Part shown: in pieces, positions 28,068 to 37,299 of the stretch
Position numbering within the stretch: position 1 is the first letter of the stretch
How the letters are laid out: the number at the start of each line of letters is the position of its first letter
Origin: an uncultured Verrucomicrobiae bacterium
Lineage (GTDB): Bacteria > Chlamydiota > Chlamydiia > Chlamydiales > Rhabdochlamydiaceae
NCBI GenBank assembly: GCA_963806855.1
Contig: CAWDYW010000001.1
Span: forward strand, 288,001-352,000
Direction: 5' to 3'
DNA length: 64,000 bases
Program-made: the position numbers and the translations under genes
The notes under the pieces: generated by a model
The model's database searches: none
Told to the model about the DNA's origin: nothing
Seen by the model: the letters and a program-made list of their open reading frames with translations, nothing else

Positions 28068-29966
28068 ATGTTAAATCATCTTTTCAAGGAGAATGCAATG
28101 AATGGATTGAAAACCTCACAAGCATCTTCTTCAGTGAGTCCTTTGGCTTTTAGGACTGTAAATGTTCTGTTTGAGGAGCAGGTGCAAAAGCACCCGGATG
28201 CCATCGCTGCTATTTATAATAACACTAAATTGACCTATGATGAATTAGATAGGAAATCAAATCAAATCGCCCGATATTTGCAAGAGGCTGGGGTAGATAA
28301 TGGGACTCTGGTGGGGCTTAGTTTAAGTAACAGTATCAATATAATTCCGGCTATTTGGGGGATATTGAAGGCTGGCGGAGTATATCTTCCTCTAGAGCCC
28401 TCTTATCCACAGGACCGAATCGCGTATATGATTGAAGATGCAAAACCTTCAATCTTGCTTACGGAATCTCAACAAATGGCTAAATTTAAAAATTTTTCAG
28501 GAAAAATTGTTCAACTAGATCAGAGCTGGGAAGAGATCTCAATTCGTGACGATAGCACGATTGAAAGATCGATCGAGCCTGATCAGTTAGCCTATGTGAT
28601 CTATACTTCTGGGTCAACTGGTCAACCAAAGGGAATTATGGTTGAACATGGTAGCTTTGCGCATGGTGCTATAGCTCATAGAGAGTATTACCCAGAGAAA
28701 CTTAAGGGGCTACTAACTGGTGCTATCAGTTTTGATGTAACCCTTTTGATCATTTTCCATTTATTATTATCTGGAGGGACTGTTGTCATTCCATCTTCTG
28801 AGATAGTTGTTGATGTGGATAAAATAGTCGATCAAATTCAAGTAAATGCGATTGAATATATTTTATGCGTTCCTTCTCTGTATTCAATGATTCTGAACAA
28901 ATCAAGAGCTTTGCCTTCTTTGAAAATCGTAAGTCTTGCTGGGGAGCCTATCTCAAAATCAATTACTACTATGCACCCGATTTTCACTCCCAATGCCATC
29001 CTATATAATGAATATGGCCCTACCGAGTATGCGATAGGAACAACAATTGCGAAAATCTATGATCCAGATAAAAAGAGAATTTTTCCCATGAGCGTAGGCA
29101 AACCATTACCGGATACCCAGGTTTATATTTTTAATGAGAATCTACAATCTCTTCCTAAAGGCTTTAAAGGAGAAATTTTTATTGGAGGTAAGGGGATCGC
29201 TCGGGGATATTTAAATAAGCCAAATCTTACAGCTGACAATTTTCTCTCTTTTGGATCCGGAGTTCTATATAGAACAGGTGATTTTGGCCGCTTTCTGCCC
29301 GATGGGAATCTGGAATTTCTTGGACGCATGGATAATCAAGTTAAGATCCGAGGCAATCGAGTTGAGCTCGGAGAAATCGAACATGCGCTTTGTAAGTGCC
29401 CTGGACTTGATGAAAGTGTAGTTATTGTTCGCGAAGAACAAAGTGGGAATAAACATCTTATTGCCTATTTCACTACTGTCGATAAAGTGGACATTAAGGG
29501 GGAACTTAAGGGCTATCTGAAAAAACTGCTCCCTAAATATATGATTCCTTCGTCGTTTGTCTATCTAGAGTCTTTCCCTCGAACACCAAATGGGAAAATC
29601 GATCGAAATGCTCTTCCCAATCTATTGGAAAAAGAGACAAAGGTATCCGAAGAGCCACATAACGCCTTAGAGAACACACTCTCTAGCATTTGGAAGGAGA
29701 TACTGAATTTAGATCTTGTCGGAACAGAAGATAGCTTTTTCGAAATTGGGGGCGACTCGTTGGGACTAGCTGAAATGCAAACACTAATCGAAACTCGTCT
29801 CGGAATTAATGTTCCCGTGATAAAACTACTTGAATATCCCACAATCGCCCAACTCTCACAATATATCAATCAACAATCCGGTCGTAAAATCGTTTCCTTC
29901 TGTTCTGATCTTGCAAATAAGAAAAAGATGGCTTTTGAAAGATTTAGAATGAGAGCTAGAAGATGA
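28068..29966 (+). CDS. NRPS A-T didomain (loading module, no C domain)
   Basis: YVIYTSGSTGQPKG, SFDV, NEYGPTE, YRTGD, NGKIDR; PCP FFEIGGDSL; short basic C-terminal docking-like tail overlapping the PKS start. Confidence 0.95.
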   Translation: MLNHLFKENAMNGLKTSQASSSVSPLAFRTVNVLFEEQVQKHPDAIAAIYNNTKLTYDELDRKSNQIARYLQEAGVDNGTLVGLSLSNSINIIPAIWGILKAGGVYLPLEPSYPQDRIAYMIEDAKPSILLTESQQMAKFKNFSGKIVQLDQSWEEISIRDDSTIERSIEPDQLAYVIYTSGSTGQPKGIMVEHGSFAHGAIAHREYYPEKLKGLLTGAISFDVTLLIIFHLLLSGGTVVIPSSEIVVDVDKIVDQIQVNAIEYILCVPSLYSMILNKSRALPSLKIVSLAGEPISKSITTMHPIFTPNAILYNEYGPTEYAIGTTIAKIYDPDKKRIFPMSVGKPLPDTQVYIFNENLQSLPKGFKGEIFIGGKGIARGYLNKPNLTADNFLSFGSGVLYRTGDFGRFLPDGNLEFLGRMDNQVKIRGNRVELGEIEHALCKCPGLDESVVIVREEQSGNKHLIAYFTTVDKVDIKGELKGYLKKLLPKYMIPSSFVYLESFPRTPNGKIDRNALPNLLEKETKVSEEPHNALENTLSSIWKEILNLDLVGTEDSFFEIGGDSLGLAEMQTLIETRLGINVPVIKLLEYPTIAQLSQYINQQSGRKIVSFCSDLANKKKMAFERFRMRARR

Positions 29967-32647
29967 ATCCAGAAGACCTAGAAAATGCAATCGCTATCGT
30001 GGGAATGTCAGGTAGATTCCCCGGCGCAGATAGCATTGATACTTTCTGGGAGAACCTATGTAATGGAAGAGAGTCGATCTCTTTATTTTCTGATGAAGAA
30101 TTGTTAGCCTCGGGAGTTTCCAAATCCCAACTCGACTCTCCTAACTATGTAAAATCCAGAGGAATTCTCAATGGTATCGAGCTATTTGATGCCGACTTTT
30201 TTGGTCTTAATGCTAAAGAAGCCCAATTGACCGATCCCCAACATCGCCTATTTTTAGAATGTGCTTGGGAAGCTTTAGAAAATGCAGGTTATTGGTCAGG
30301 TAATTACCAAGGTTCTATAGGGGTTTATGGCGGAACAGGCATGAGTTCTTATTATCTCAATAATATTTACCCAGATCAACAGTTAAGAGAGGCTTTGGGA
30401 GACTTCCTATTAAGGTTAGGCAATGATAAAGACTATCTCACAACAAGAGTTTCTTATAAGTTGAACCTCAAAGGACCAAGTATCAATATTCAATCGGCTT
30501 GCTCGACATCTCTTGTTGCCATTTGTGTTGCATGCAATCACTTGCTTACCTATCAGTGCGATATGGCTTTAGCAGGAGGGGTAACGATCTCCGTACCTCA
30601 GTCAAGTGGATATGTCTTCCAAGAGGGGATGATTTTCTCGAGCGATGGTCATTGCAGACCTTTTGATGCCGAGGCAAAAGGCACGGTAATGTCTAATGGC
30701 GCTGGAATTGTAGTCTTAAAGAGGTTACAAGATGCTCAAGCAGATAAGGATCATATCTATGCGGTAATCAGAGGTTATGGAATTAATAATGATGGCTCAG
30801 GGAAAATCGGCTATACTGCCCCCAGCGCAATAGGACAGGCAGAAGCTATTGCCGCAGCAATCATGATGGCCGGTGTAGACCCCGAAACGATCTCCTATGC
30901 TGAAACTCATGGCACGGCAACTGTTTTAGGAGATCCGATAGAAATACAGGGGCTTTCTCAGGCATTCAATACAGCAAAAAAGGGATATTGCGCCATTGGA
31001 TCGGTAAAAAGCAATATTGGCCACACATTTGAGGCAGCAGGCGTTATCGGTTTGATAAAGGCAGTTCTTGCACTGTATTATCGAAGGATACCCCCCTCAT
31101 TGAATTATCACAAACCCAACCCCCTTATAGATTTTACTGAAACTCCTTTTTATATAAACACAGAGCTAAGAGAATGGCCTAGCGGTGAACATCCACGTAG
31201 GGCGTGCGTCAGCTCTTTTGGAATCGGTGGAACTAATGCTCACATGATTTTAGAAGAGCCATCTCAGCGGGAGACTTTTGAGGCATCAAAAGATAAACAT
31301 TATTTGATTCTTTCAGCAAGGTCTCTTTCAGCTCTAAAAACAACTGCCCATAATCTCGGTCTGCATTTGAAAAAACACCCGGACCTTTCTCTTGCTAATG
31401 TAGCTTATACTCTTAAAGTTGGCCGCAAATTATTTGAACACAGGCGAATTTTAACCTGCCATAATCGTGATGAAGCTATCTCATCGCTTTTAAATTTTGA
31501 TCCATCTCAATACCCCACGATTTCTAATGAAACTCCAGAGGACTTCGTGGATTCCCAGTTGAATCGGGTTCCTCTCCCTACTTATCCATTTGAGAAAAAG
31601 CGTTATTGGATTGATCCGTCAAAAAAACTGGTGGAGATAATTTCTTCCGAGACTCCACAGCGCTCAATTGAAGAGGAATTAAGATCTCTTTTGATAGAGC
31701 TCTTAGGTATTGAAACGATCAATATAGATGATGATTTTTTCCAAATAGGCGGAGACTCAATCTTTGCTATTCAACTCTTAACTAGCCTATCCAAACTATT
31801 TAATATAAATGTAGAGATGCATATATTACAAGCGAATGCTTCTATTTCAAAATTAACCAAAGTTATCTCAAAACAAAAATTTAGCGTATCCTCGTTAGTT
31901 CAATTAAAGCCAGGTAATACAGGATCTCCTCTTTTTCTCATCCATCCGATTGAGGGAAATCTTTTTTGCTACACAAGCTTAATCGAGGGATTCAAAAGTC
32001 CCAACACTATTTATGGAATTCAAGCTATCAATACCGAAAATAAAAGCATTGAAGATATTGCTGCTGAATACATAAAGGAAATTCAAAAAATTCAAAAAGA
32101 GGGCCCTTATAATCTCCTTGGAATGTCCTTTGGTGGCCTAATTGCTTACGAGATGGCAAGACAGCTTGAAGAAAAGGGCAGCTCTCTGGATCTACTTTGC
32201 ATGGTGGATGTTGGGAGACCCGAAGTTGATCAGATAGATGAAAATGCACTTCTCATCAATTTAGTGGAATTACTAGAAGGAATCCCTGCAGTTGATAAAG
32301 TGATCACTCCTGAAAGAGTTGCCCAAAGCCTAGGTTTTAGTATGTTGTCCAAAAAAGAACAAGAAACTATCTATAATCGAGTTAAATCCCATCTCGGTGC
32401 CTATTCTCGATATCGCCCTCAACCATATGGGGGAAAAGTCATATTTTTTGAGGCAGCCCAAAAATTTTTCAGGCGAGAGAAGGCCTCTATAGGCTCGAGT
32501 TGGCAAGAGTTGATTGGAGACCGCCTAGAGATCCAGATAATCCCAGGTAATCATATGAACATACTAAAACAACCACAAGTCGAATCCCTCATCTCTTTTC
32601 TTAATACCCAAAGACAGTTTAATGGAAAAAAGCAACATGAGTATTGA
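29963..32647 (+). CDS. Type I PKS module KS-ACP-TE lacking an acyltransferase domain
   Basis: KS: DPQHRLFLE, NDKDYL (NRPS-accepting type), SACSTSL (Cys), HGTAT, NIGH. Linker runs directly into LPTYPFE.KRYWI. ACP FFQIGGDSI; TE HPIEG, GMSFGG, PGNH. Confidence 0.93.
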   Translation: MNPEDLENAIAIVGMSGRFPGADSIDTFWENLCNGRESISLFSDEELLASGVSKSQLDSPNYVKSRGILNGIELFDADFFGLNAKEAQLTDPQHRLFLECAWEALENAGYWSGNYQGSIGVYGGTGMSSYYLNNIYPDQQLREALGDFLLRLGNDKDYLTTRVSYKLNLKGPSINIQSACSTSLVAICVACNHLLTYQCDMALAGGVTISVPQSSGYVFQEGMIFSSDGHCRPFDAEAKGTVMSNGAGIVVLKRLQDAQADKDHIYAVIRGYGINNDGSGKIGYTAPSAIGQAEAIAAAIMMAGVDPETISYAETHGTATVLGDPIEIQGLSQAFNTAKKGYCAIGSVKSNIGHTFEAAGVIGLIKAVLALYYRRIPPSLNYHKPNPLIDFTETPFYINTELREWPSGEHPRRACVSSFGIGGTNAHMILEEPSQRETFEASKDKHYLILSARSLSALKTTAHNLGLHLKKHPDLSLANVAYTLKVGRKLFEHRRILTCHNRDEAISSLLNFDPSQYPTISNETPEDFVDSQLNRVPLPTYPFEKKRYWIDPSKKLVEIISSETPQRSIEEELRSLLIELLGIETINIDDDFFQIGGDSIFAIQLLTSLSKLFNINVEMHILQANASISKLTKVISKQKFSVSSLVQLKPGNTGSPLFLIHPIEGNLFCYTSLIEGFKSPNTIYGIQAINTENKSIEDIAAEYIKEIQKIQKEGPYNLLGMSFGGLIAYEMARQLEEKGSSLDLLCMVDVGRPEVDQIDENALLINLVELLEGIPAVDKVITPERVAQSLGFSMLSKKEQETIYNRVKSHLGAYSRYRPQPYGGKVIFFEAAQKFFRREKASIGSSWQELIGDRLEIQIIPGNHMNILKQPQVESLISFLNTQRQFNGKKQHEY

Positions 32648-32674
32648 GCATTTTAACCTGGTGGGGAACAAGCA

Positions 32675-33685
32675 ATGGAACAAGAGATACAATCTGATGA
32701 GATCCTGCAACGAATTACTGGGCAAATTTTTATAGGGCAAAGTGTTTTGGTTGCATATGAACTTGGGTTATTTAAGCTGCTTGCATCCAATCCTCATTCA
32801 ATCGCTGAAATTTCCAAGATACTTGATCTTCATCCTAGAGCCATTCAGGCCATGGTATCCTCTGCTGGAGCCATGGGATTGGTTGAGAAAGGAATTGAAA
32901 AGTATCAATTAACACAAGTTGGTTTGTATTACTTTAAAAACACTGGTGATCTAGATTATGGGGAAGTTCTAGATGTTTTAATCGAGCAGGCTGATATTAT
33001 GAACTATTGCTCTGTAAAGGAGTCAATATTGAGTAATAAATCTCAAGTTGATGATGGAAAAGATATTTTTGCAAATGATGGAGCAAATATCGGATCACAA
33101 TCAATTTTTATTAGTGCCTTGCATCATAAGGCCTATGCACCTGCTTTTGCTTGGACAAGCAAATATAAGTTGGGGCAGTCAAAGGTATTTATCGATATTG
33201 GAGGTGGTTCGGGCATACATTCTATCGCTGCTTGTCTGAATAACCAGGGGCTTAAAGCTATCATATGCGATAGACCACCGGTCCTGAATTTTACTAGAGA
33301 ATATGTCGAAAAGTACAACCTTTCAGAGCGAATAACTCTTCAACCAATTGACTTTTGGAAAGATGATTTTCCTCAGGGAGATGTGGTGTTTTTCGGGGAT
33401 ATTTTTCACGATTGGACTAATGAACACTGTTTTCTCCTGGCTAAAAAAAACTTTGAAAAATTACCTCGGGGAGGACAAATCATTTTACATGAAATGTTAT
33501 TTAATCCTGCTAAAACAGGACCCTTTGTAACTGCAGGATACAATATGAAGATGATGGCTTGGACCGAGGGACATCAATTTTCGTTTAAGGAGATAGATAA
33601 AATCTTGCGTAATGCGGGCTTTGAGGAAATTGCTGTTATGGAAACTCTAGGCACATGGTCTATTATTGTTGGCAAAAAGGCCTAA
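32675..33685 (+). CDS. Family-2 (O-)methyltransferase with dimerisation domain
   Basis: A.ELGLF, FIDIGGGSG, DFWKDDFP.GD, IFHDW, GG.IILHE. Confidence 0.9.
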   Translation: MEQEIQSDEILQRITGQIFIGQSVLVAYELGLFKLLASNPHSIAEISKILDLHPRAIQAMVSSAGAMGLVEKGIEKYQLTQVGLYYFKNTGDLDYGEVLDVLIEQADIMNYCSVKESILSNKSQVDDGKDIFANDGANIGSQSIFISALHHKAYAPAFAWTSKYKLGQSKVFIDIGGGSGIHSIAACLNNQGLKAIICDRPPVLNFTREYVEKYNLSERITLQPIDFWKDDFPQGDVVFFGDIFHDWTNEHCFLLAKKNFEKLPRGGQIILHEMLFNPAKTGPFVTAGYNMKMMAWTEGHQFSFKEIDKILRNAGFEEIAVMETLGTWSIIVGKKA

Positions 33686-33710
33686 TCGTGGATGAGCCTT
33701 CTAAATTGAT

Positions 33711-34796
33711 TTAACTTTTTGTGGAAGGCTTTAATATCCACAGGCAGGTATTTGGAAAGGTTTTGGACCTAATGTCTAACTCAACTGCGTATCCCGCCTC
33801 GATAAACAAATCGATCGTTTCGTCATGATTCCTAGTGGATATACCTTGCAGCCCATGAATATAGTCAAATCCTGGCGCAAATTTCTTATTTTTTTCAGAA
33901 GAATCTGAGCTGAATACATCCAGAACGATAAAGTATTTCATATTGGGTAAGGCTCTTTTATAAGAGTAGAGGGTGTCAAGAAATGCCTTTTTAGGAGAGA
34001 TATCATGTGTCATAAAGCATTGCATGAGTATTTCAACCTCTTCCCATACGCATTTTAATTTTCTAACATCTGAGACGATGAAATTGAGCATGGGATTTTC
34101 TTTTACCAATTTGTTAGCTTCTTTGATTGATTCCTTACACAAATCGATTCCGAGGCCTCTGACGCCCAGCAATTTGTGTAATTCAATGAGCCTGTGCCCT
34201 GCCCCACATCCTAGATCGCAAATTATCCCCCTTGGGCCTACCCTTTGGATAAAGTTGCACAGCTCAGTTTCTAAGTCCAAGACAGGTAAGCCGCTGCAGC
34301 CTTTGGAAATGGCTTCATTATCAAGATCATAATAGTCAGGGCTTTTCGTTCCTGAGAAGATCTCATTTTGTTTTGAAAAAAGATTGCCATAACCAACAAA
34401 CAACATATTAATAAGCGGCATTGAACTACAGATCTCATAGCCCAAGTCGCTAAGTATGTAAGAGGTGCCTTTTTTTGAAAGAACCTCAACATGGCATAAG
34501 GTTTTGAGAGCCGATTCGATCAGCACTCTCGGGTTTTCGCTAAATTTCCGTAAATCTTTCGCTTTAAGATGACCAGTAATAAGAAGCTTTTCAACAACCC
34601 CCGCCTGATCCAGGACAGTGATTGCATTGCACGCCACGCCGATCTCAATAAATGATAAGGCCCTGTCTGTCAATGTACTTTGAATCCGGCGATGAAAAAT
34701 ATCAGCAATTGGCTGGTTCGCCATATTTAGAATCTCCAAAGATTCTTGAATTTTTTCCGAATCTTTAGATTCATTGGATGCATTATAAAATAACAT
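33711..34796 (-). CDS. Second MppJ-like SAM-dependent C-methyltransferase
   Basis: CDLGCGAGHRL, CFMTHDISP, LPNMKYFIVLD, FAPGFDYIHGLQG; clear paralogue of 17563..18555. Confidence 0.75.
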   Translation of the reverse strand: MLFYNASNESKDSEKIQESLEILNMANQPIADIFHRRIQSTLTDRALSFIEIGVACNAITVLDQAGVVEKLLITGHLKAKDLRKFSENPRVLIESALKTLCHVEVLSKKGTSYILSDLGYEICSSMPLINMLFVGYGNLFSKQNEIFSGTKSPDYYDLDNEAISKGCSGLPVLDLETELCNFIQRVGPRGIICDLGCGAGHRLIELHKLLGVRGLGIDLCKESIKEANKLVKENPMLNFIVSDVRKLKCVWEEVEILMQCFMTHDISPKKAFLDTLYSYKRALPNMKYFIVLDVFSSDSSEKNKKFAPGFDYIHGLQGISTRNHDETIDLFIEAGYAVELDIRSKTFPNTCLWILKPSTKS

Positions 34797-35182
34797 ATTT
34801 TATGGATCAATAGATTTCTTGTTATGTATTAGCTTGGATTGGAAATACTCTCTCTTGATAAATAAAGTTTGATTCTCCGGAGGTAATAAAAAGGAGAGGT
34901 TTTAAATATGAGGGAAAAAAAAGAACTATAGGGAGGCTTTCTGATGAAGTAGCAGTCTAGGTGGGGCTGGAAAAATAGTAACACCATAATAATAAGCATG
35001 TTACAATTTGGAAGTTTGGATGAAAGAAACGAATGCAGAAAGTGAGATTTTACTTTTAACTAAGCTGGGATCGCTTGATGCATTCGAGAGTAGAGAGGCC
35101 AGGGGCTGGACTAGATGGGTGTTAAAAAGCTAAGCCATCATCATTTTATATGATGTGGCTCTTGAAGGTTACTTTTGTTTAA

Positions 35183-36580
35183 TTATGCAAGCAAAGCGCT
35201 TGTTTCATCAATTGCTGCAAGCTCCTCGTCGGTTAAAATTTGCTTCTTAAGATCGGCTGGGAGTTGCAAAATGAAAGTCAAAAACTCGGCGTCATTTGCT
35301 GCGCCAATTGTTTCTCTTATTCTTCGTAAATTAGAAATGAGTTTGATTGCTCTTTTCCCATCTTCATTTTTGGTAAAAAGTAGGAAGCCATTTTCAATTA
35401 CCGCGCATGATGATGCTTGGAGTGTGGCGAAAAGAGTCAGCAATAGAACTGGCACGAAAAACCAATGTTTAGCAGGCGGGGCATTATAGAAGTTCCCCCA
35501 AACCGAATACCAAGGGCCGAGAGCAAATATGTTGGAAATAAACTCTTCGGCTTTTAAGGAATTGATCAGTGTTGGAGAAATTTTTTCTGCCAGTGGAGAA
35601 GAAGGGACTGGATTGCATTTGTTTGTTAAAAACCGAAAAAACCGATTTGAAGATTCATAGATTGCCTTTCCATAAAAATAAAATGTAACTAGAACAGATG
35701 TTGCTGCAAGGGTGGCGGCAAAAGGATCGTTATCAAGCACCAAGTTTTTAGTTGTATGAAATGTATAATCTGCAATCGCGAATTCCAATATTGCGACTAA
35801 TGGAATTGTTGCAATTAAACTGACAACCTTGAGTGCGTTATCTAATTTATTCGATATATTGCCATATGCGACATATTTGGAGAGGGACATCGTTGATCTT
35901 GAGTTTTGATCAATCAGTTCTATTTCTCCTTGTGCGGCTGATAGTTCTTGGAGGTTTTTTGTTAGTAGTGTTGCTTCGACTTTTTCTAAATACCCAACAA
36001 ACTTTCTTTTTGCAGCGGCGATAGGAGAGCAACAGTTGCATTTATTTAAGCTGCTTAATTGGCCCATTGTAAGCTGAATCGATCTAATTGGAATTACCAA
36101 GCTCGCAGCTAGAGAAAAAACTAAAGCGGGGATAGGAGCTGCTTTGTTGTATTCTGCAGCGGGTAATGCAAAGGGATATCTTGCAAATACAGCGGCTGCG
36201 ACGGTTGAAATGACCAACAAAACCTTGCCAACGGTTGAGATTTTTTGGCGAGCTTCTAGCTCTTCTTGTGATTTATTGCTAAGAACTGCATCCAGGATGC
36301 CATTTAAAGCCCACATTTCCAATGTAAAGAAGGCTTTGCTGTAAAAAAATTCAAAAACATATCCAAAGCCATCACCTACTGAATTATCTCCAAAAATACT
36401 CTTGCCACCTTCTTGTGCTACGGGGTAGTAAAAGTATTTGGCGGTTACGGCTACGACTAGGCCTATGCCTAAAACTATAGCTTTCGTAATTTTTTTGTTT
36501 GTATTAATTGAATGCCTATTAGAACAAATGGCATCAATTGCATTATCTATTGAGCTTATTGGCTGTGCTTGAATACTCAT
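35183..36580 (-). CDS. Hypothetical multi-pass membrane protein
   Basis: 465 aa with ~8 hydrophobic segments; ATGA overlap with the upstream methyltransferase. Confidence 0.7.
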   Translation of the reverse strand: MSIQAQPISSIDNAIDAICSNRHSINTNKKITKAIVLGIGLVVAVTAKYFYYPVAQEGGKSIFGDNSVGDGFGYVFEFFYSKAFFTLEMWALNGILDAVLSNKSQEELEARQKISTVGKVLLVISTVAAAVFARYPFALPAAEYNKAAPIPALVFSLAASLVIPIRSIQLTMGQLSSLNKCNCCSPIAAAKRKFVGYLEKVEATLLTKNLQELSAAQGEIELIDQNSRSTMSLSKYVAYGNISNKLDNALKVVSLIATIPLVAILEFAIADYTFHTTKNLVLDNDPFAATLAATSVLVTFYFYGKAIYESSNRFFRFLTNKCNPVPSSPLAEKISPTLINSLKAEEFISNIFALGPWYSVWGNFYNAPPAKHWFFVPVLLLTLFATLQASSCAVIENGFLLFTKNEDGKRAIKLISNLRRIRETIGAANDAEFLTFILQLPADLKKQILTDEELAAIDETSALLA

Positions 36581-37299
36581 TTTATTTTATCCATTTTTTT
36601 ATTTTTTTTGGCTACATAAATTAAAAATGGGGAATGTTCCCTTTCAGAGAGCCAATTTTCTTCATCAGGGGGCGCTTTAGGAGAAATTATTTCTTTAATA
36701 TCAAATCCAGAGGCTTTTAATGATTCAATATAATCTTCATTCAGCCAGTTATAATCATGAAATATGGTGCCATTGTTTTTTATCATAAGTTTTGCAGGGC
36801 TTCCTCGCTTCAGATCATAATTTTCCAGAAAGTCAGTTTCATATGAGACCCAATTCATTTTTGGAGAATGCATATATTCATTCCCAGTAATGATAATAAA
36901 GGCTCCATTAGGTTTTAAGACCCTAAAAACTTCTTTGCACAGTGCTTTCATTTTCCTTTTCGATGGGAGCATTAATAAGACAAAACTAGAAAACGCTACA
37001 TCGAAAACTTCCTCCCCAAAAGGGATAGAATCGTCTTCCATGAGGAGAAATTTATTTTTTTGAGGGAATTTTTGTTTGGCCTGTTCTAAGAAAAAGGGGC
37101 ATTTGTCAACCCCCTTCGTGATAAATCCTTGATCATCTAAAAATTGGGTGGACCGTCCAGTGCCGCAACCGAGATCTAAAGCCTTTCGACCTTTAGCATA
37201 TTTCTTTAAAAGAAATGGGATTTCATTAAAAGCAAGGGAGCTTGTGCCGGTGAATCCAAATTTGGAATAAGCCTCTGCCATTTGTCTAGCAACTAACAT
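36577..37299 (-). CDS. Class I SAM-dependent methyltransferase
   Basis: ALDLGCGTGRS, GVD, FDV.FSSFVL, VLKPNG. Confidence 0.9.
   Translation of the reverse strand: MLVARQMAEAYSKFGFTGTSSLAFNEIPFLLKKYAKGRKALDLGCGTGRSTQFLDDQGFITKGVDKCPFFLEQAKQKFPQKNKFLLMEDDSIPFGEEVFDVAFSSFVLLMLPSKRKMKALCKEVFRVLKPNGAFIIITGNEYMHSPKMNWVSYETDFLENYDLKRGSPAKLMIKNNGTIFHDYNWLNEDYIESLKASGFDIKEIISPKAPPDEENWLSEREHSPFLIYVAKKNKKMDKIK

Noticed and set aside
18790..33685. Calling the cluster an andrimid or enterocin pathway
   Set aside because: Only the MIO enzyme resembles those clusters. No transglutaminase-like AdmF, type II KS/CLF, AccD resistance copy or benzoyl-CoA pathway genes are visible.
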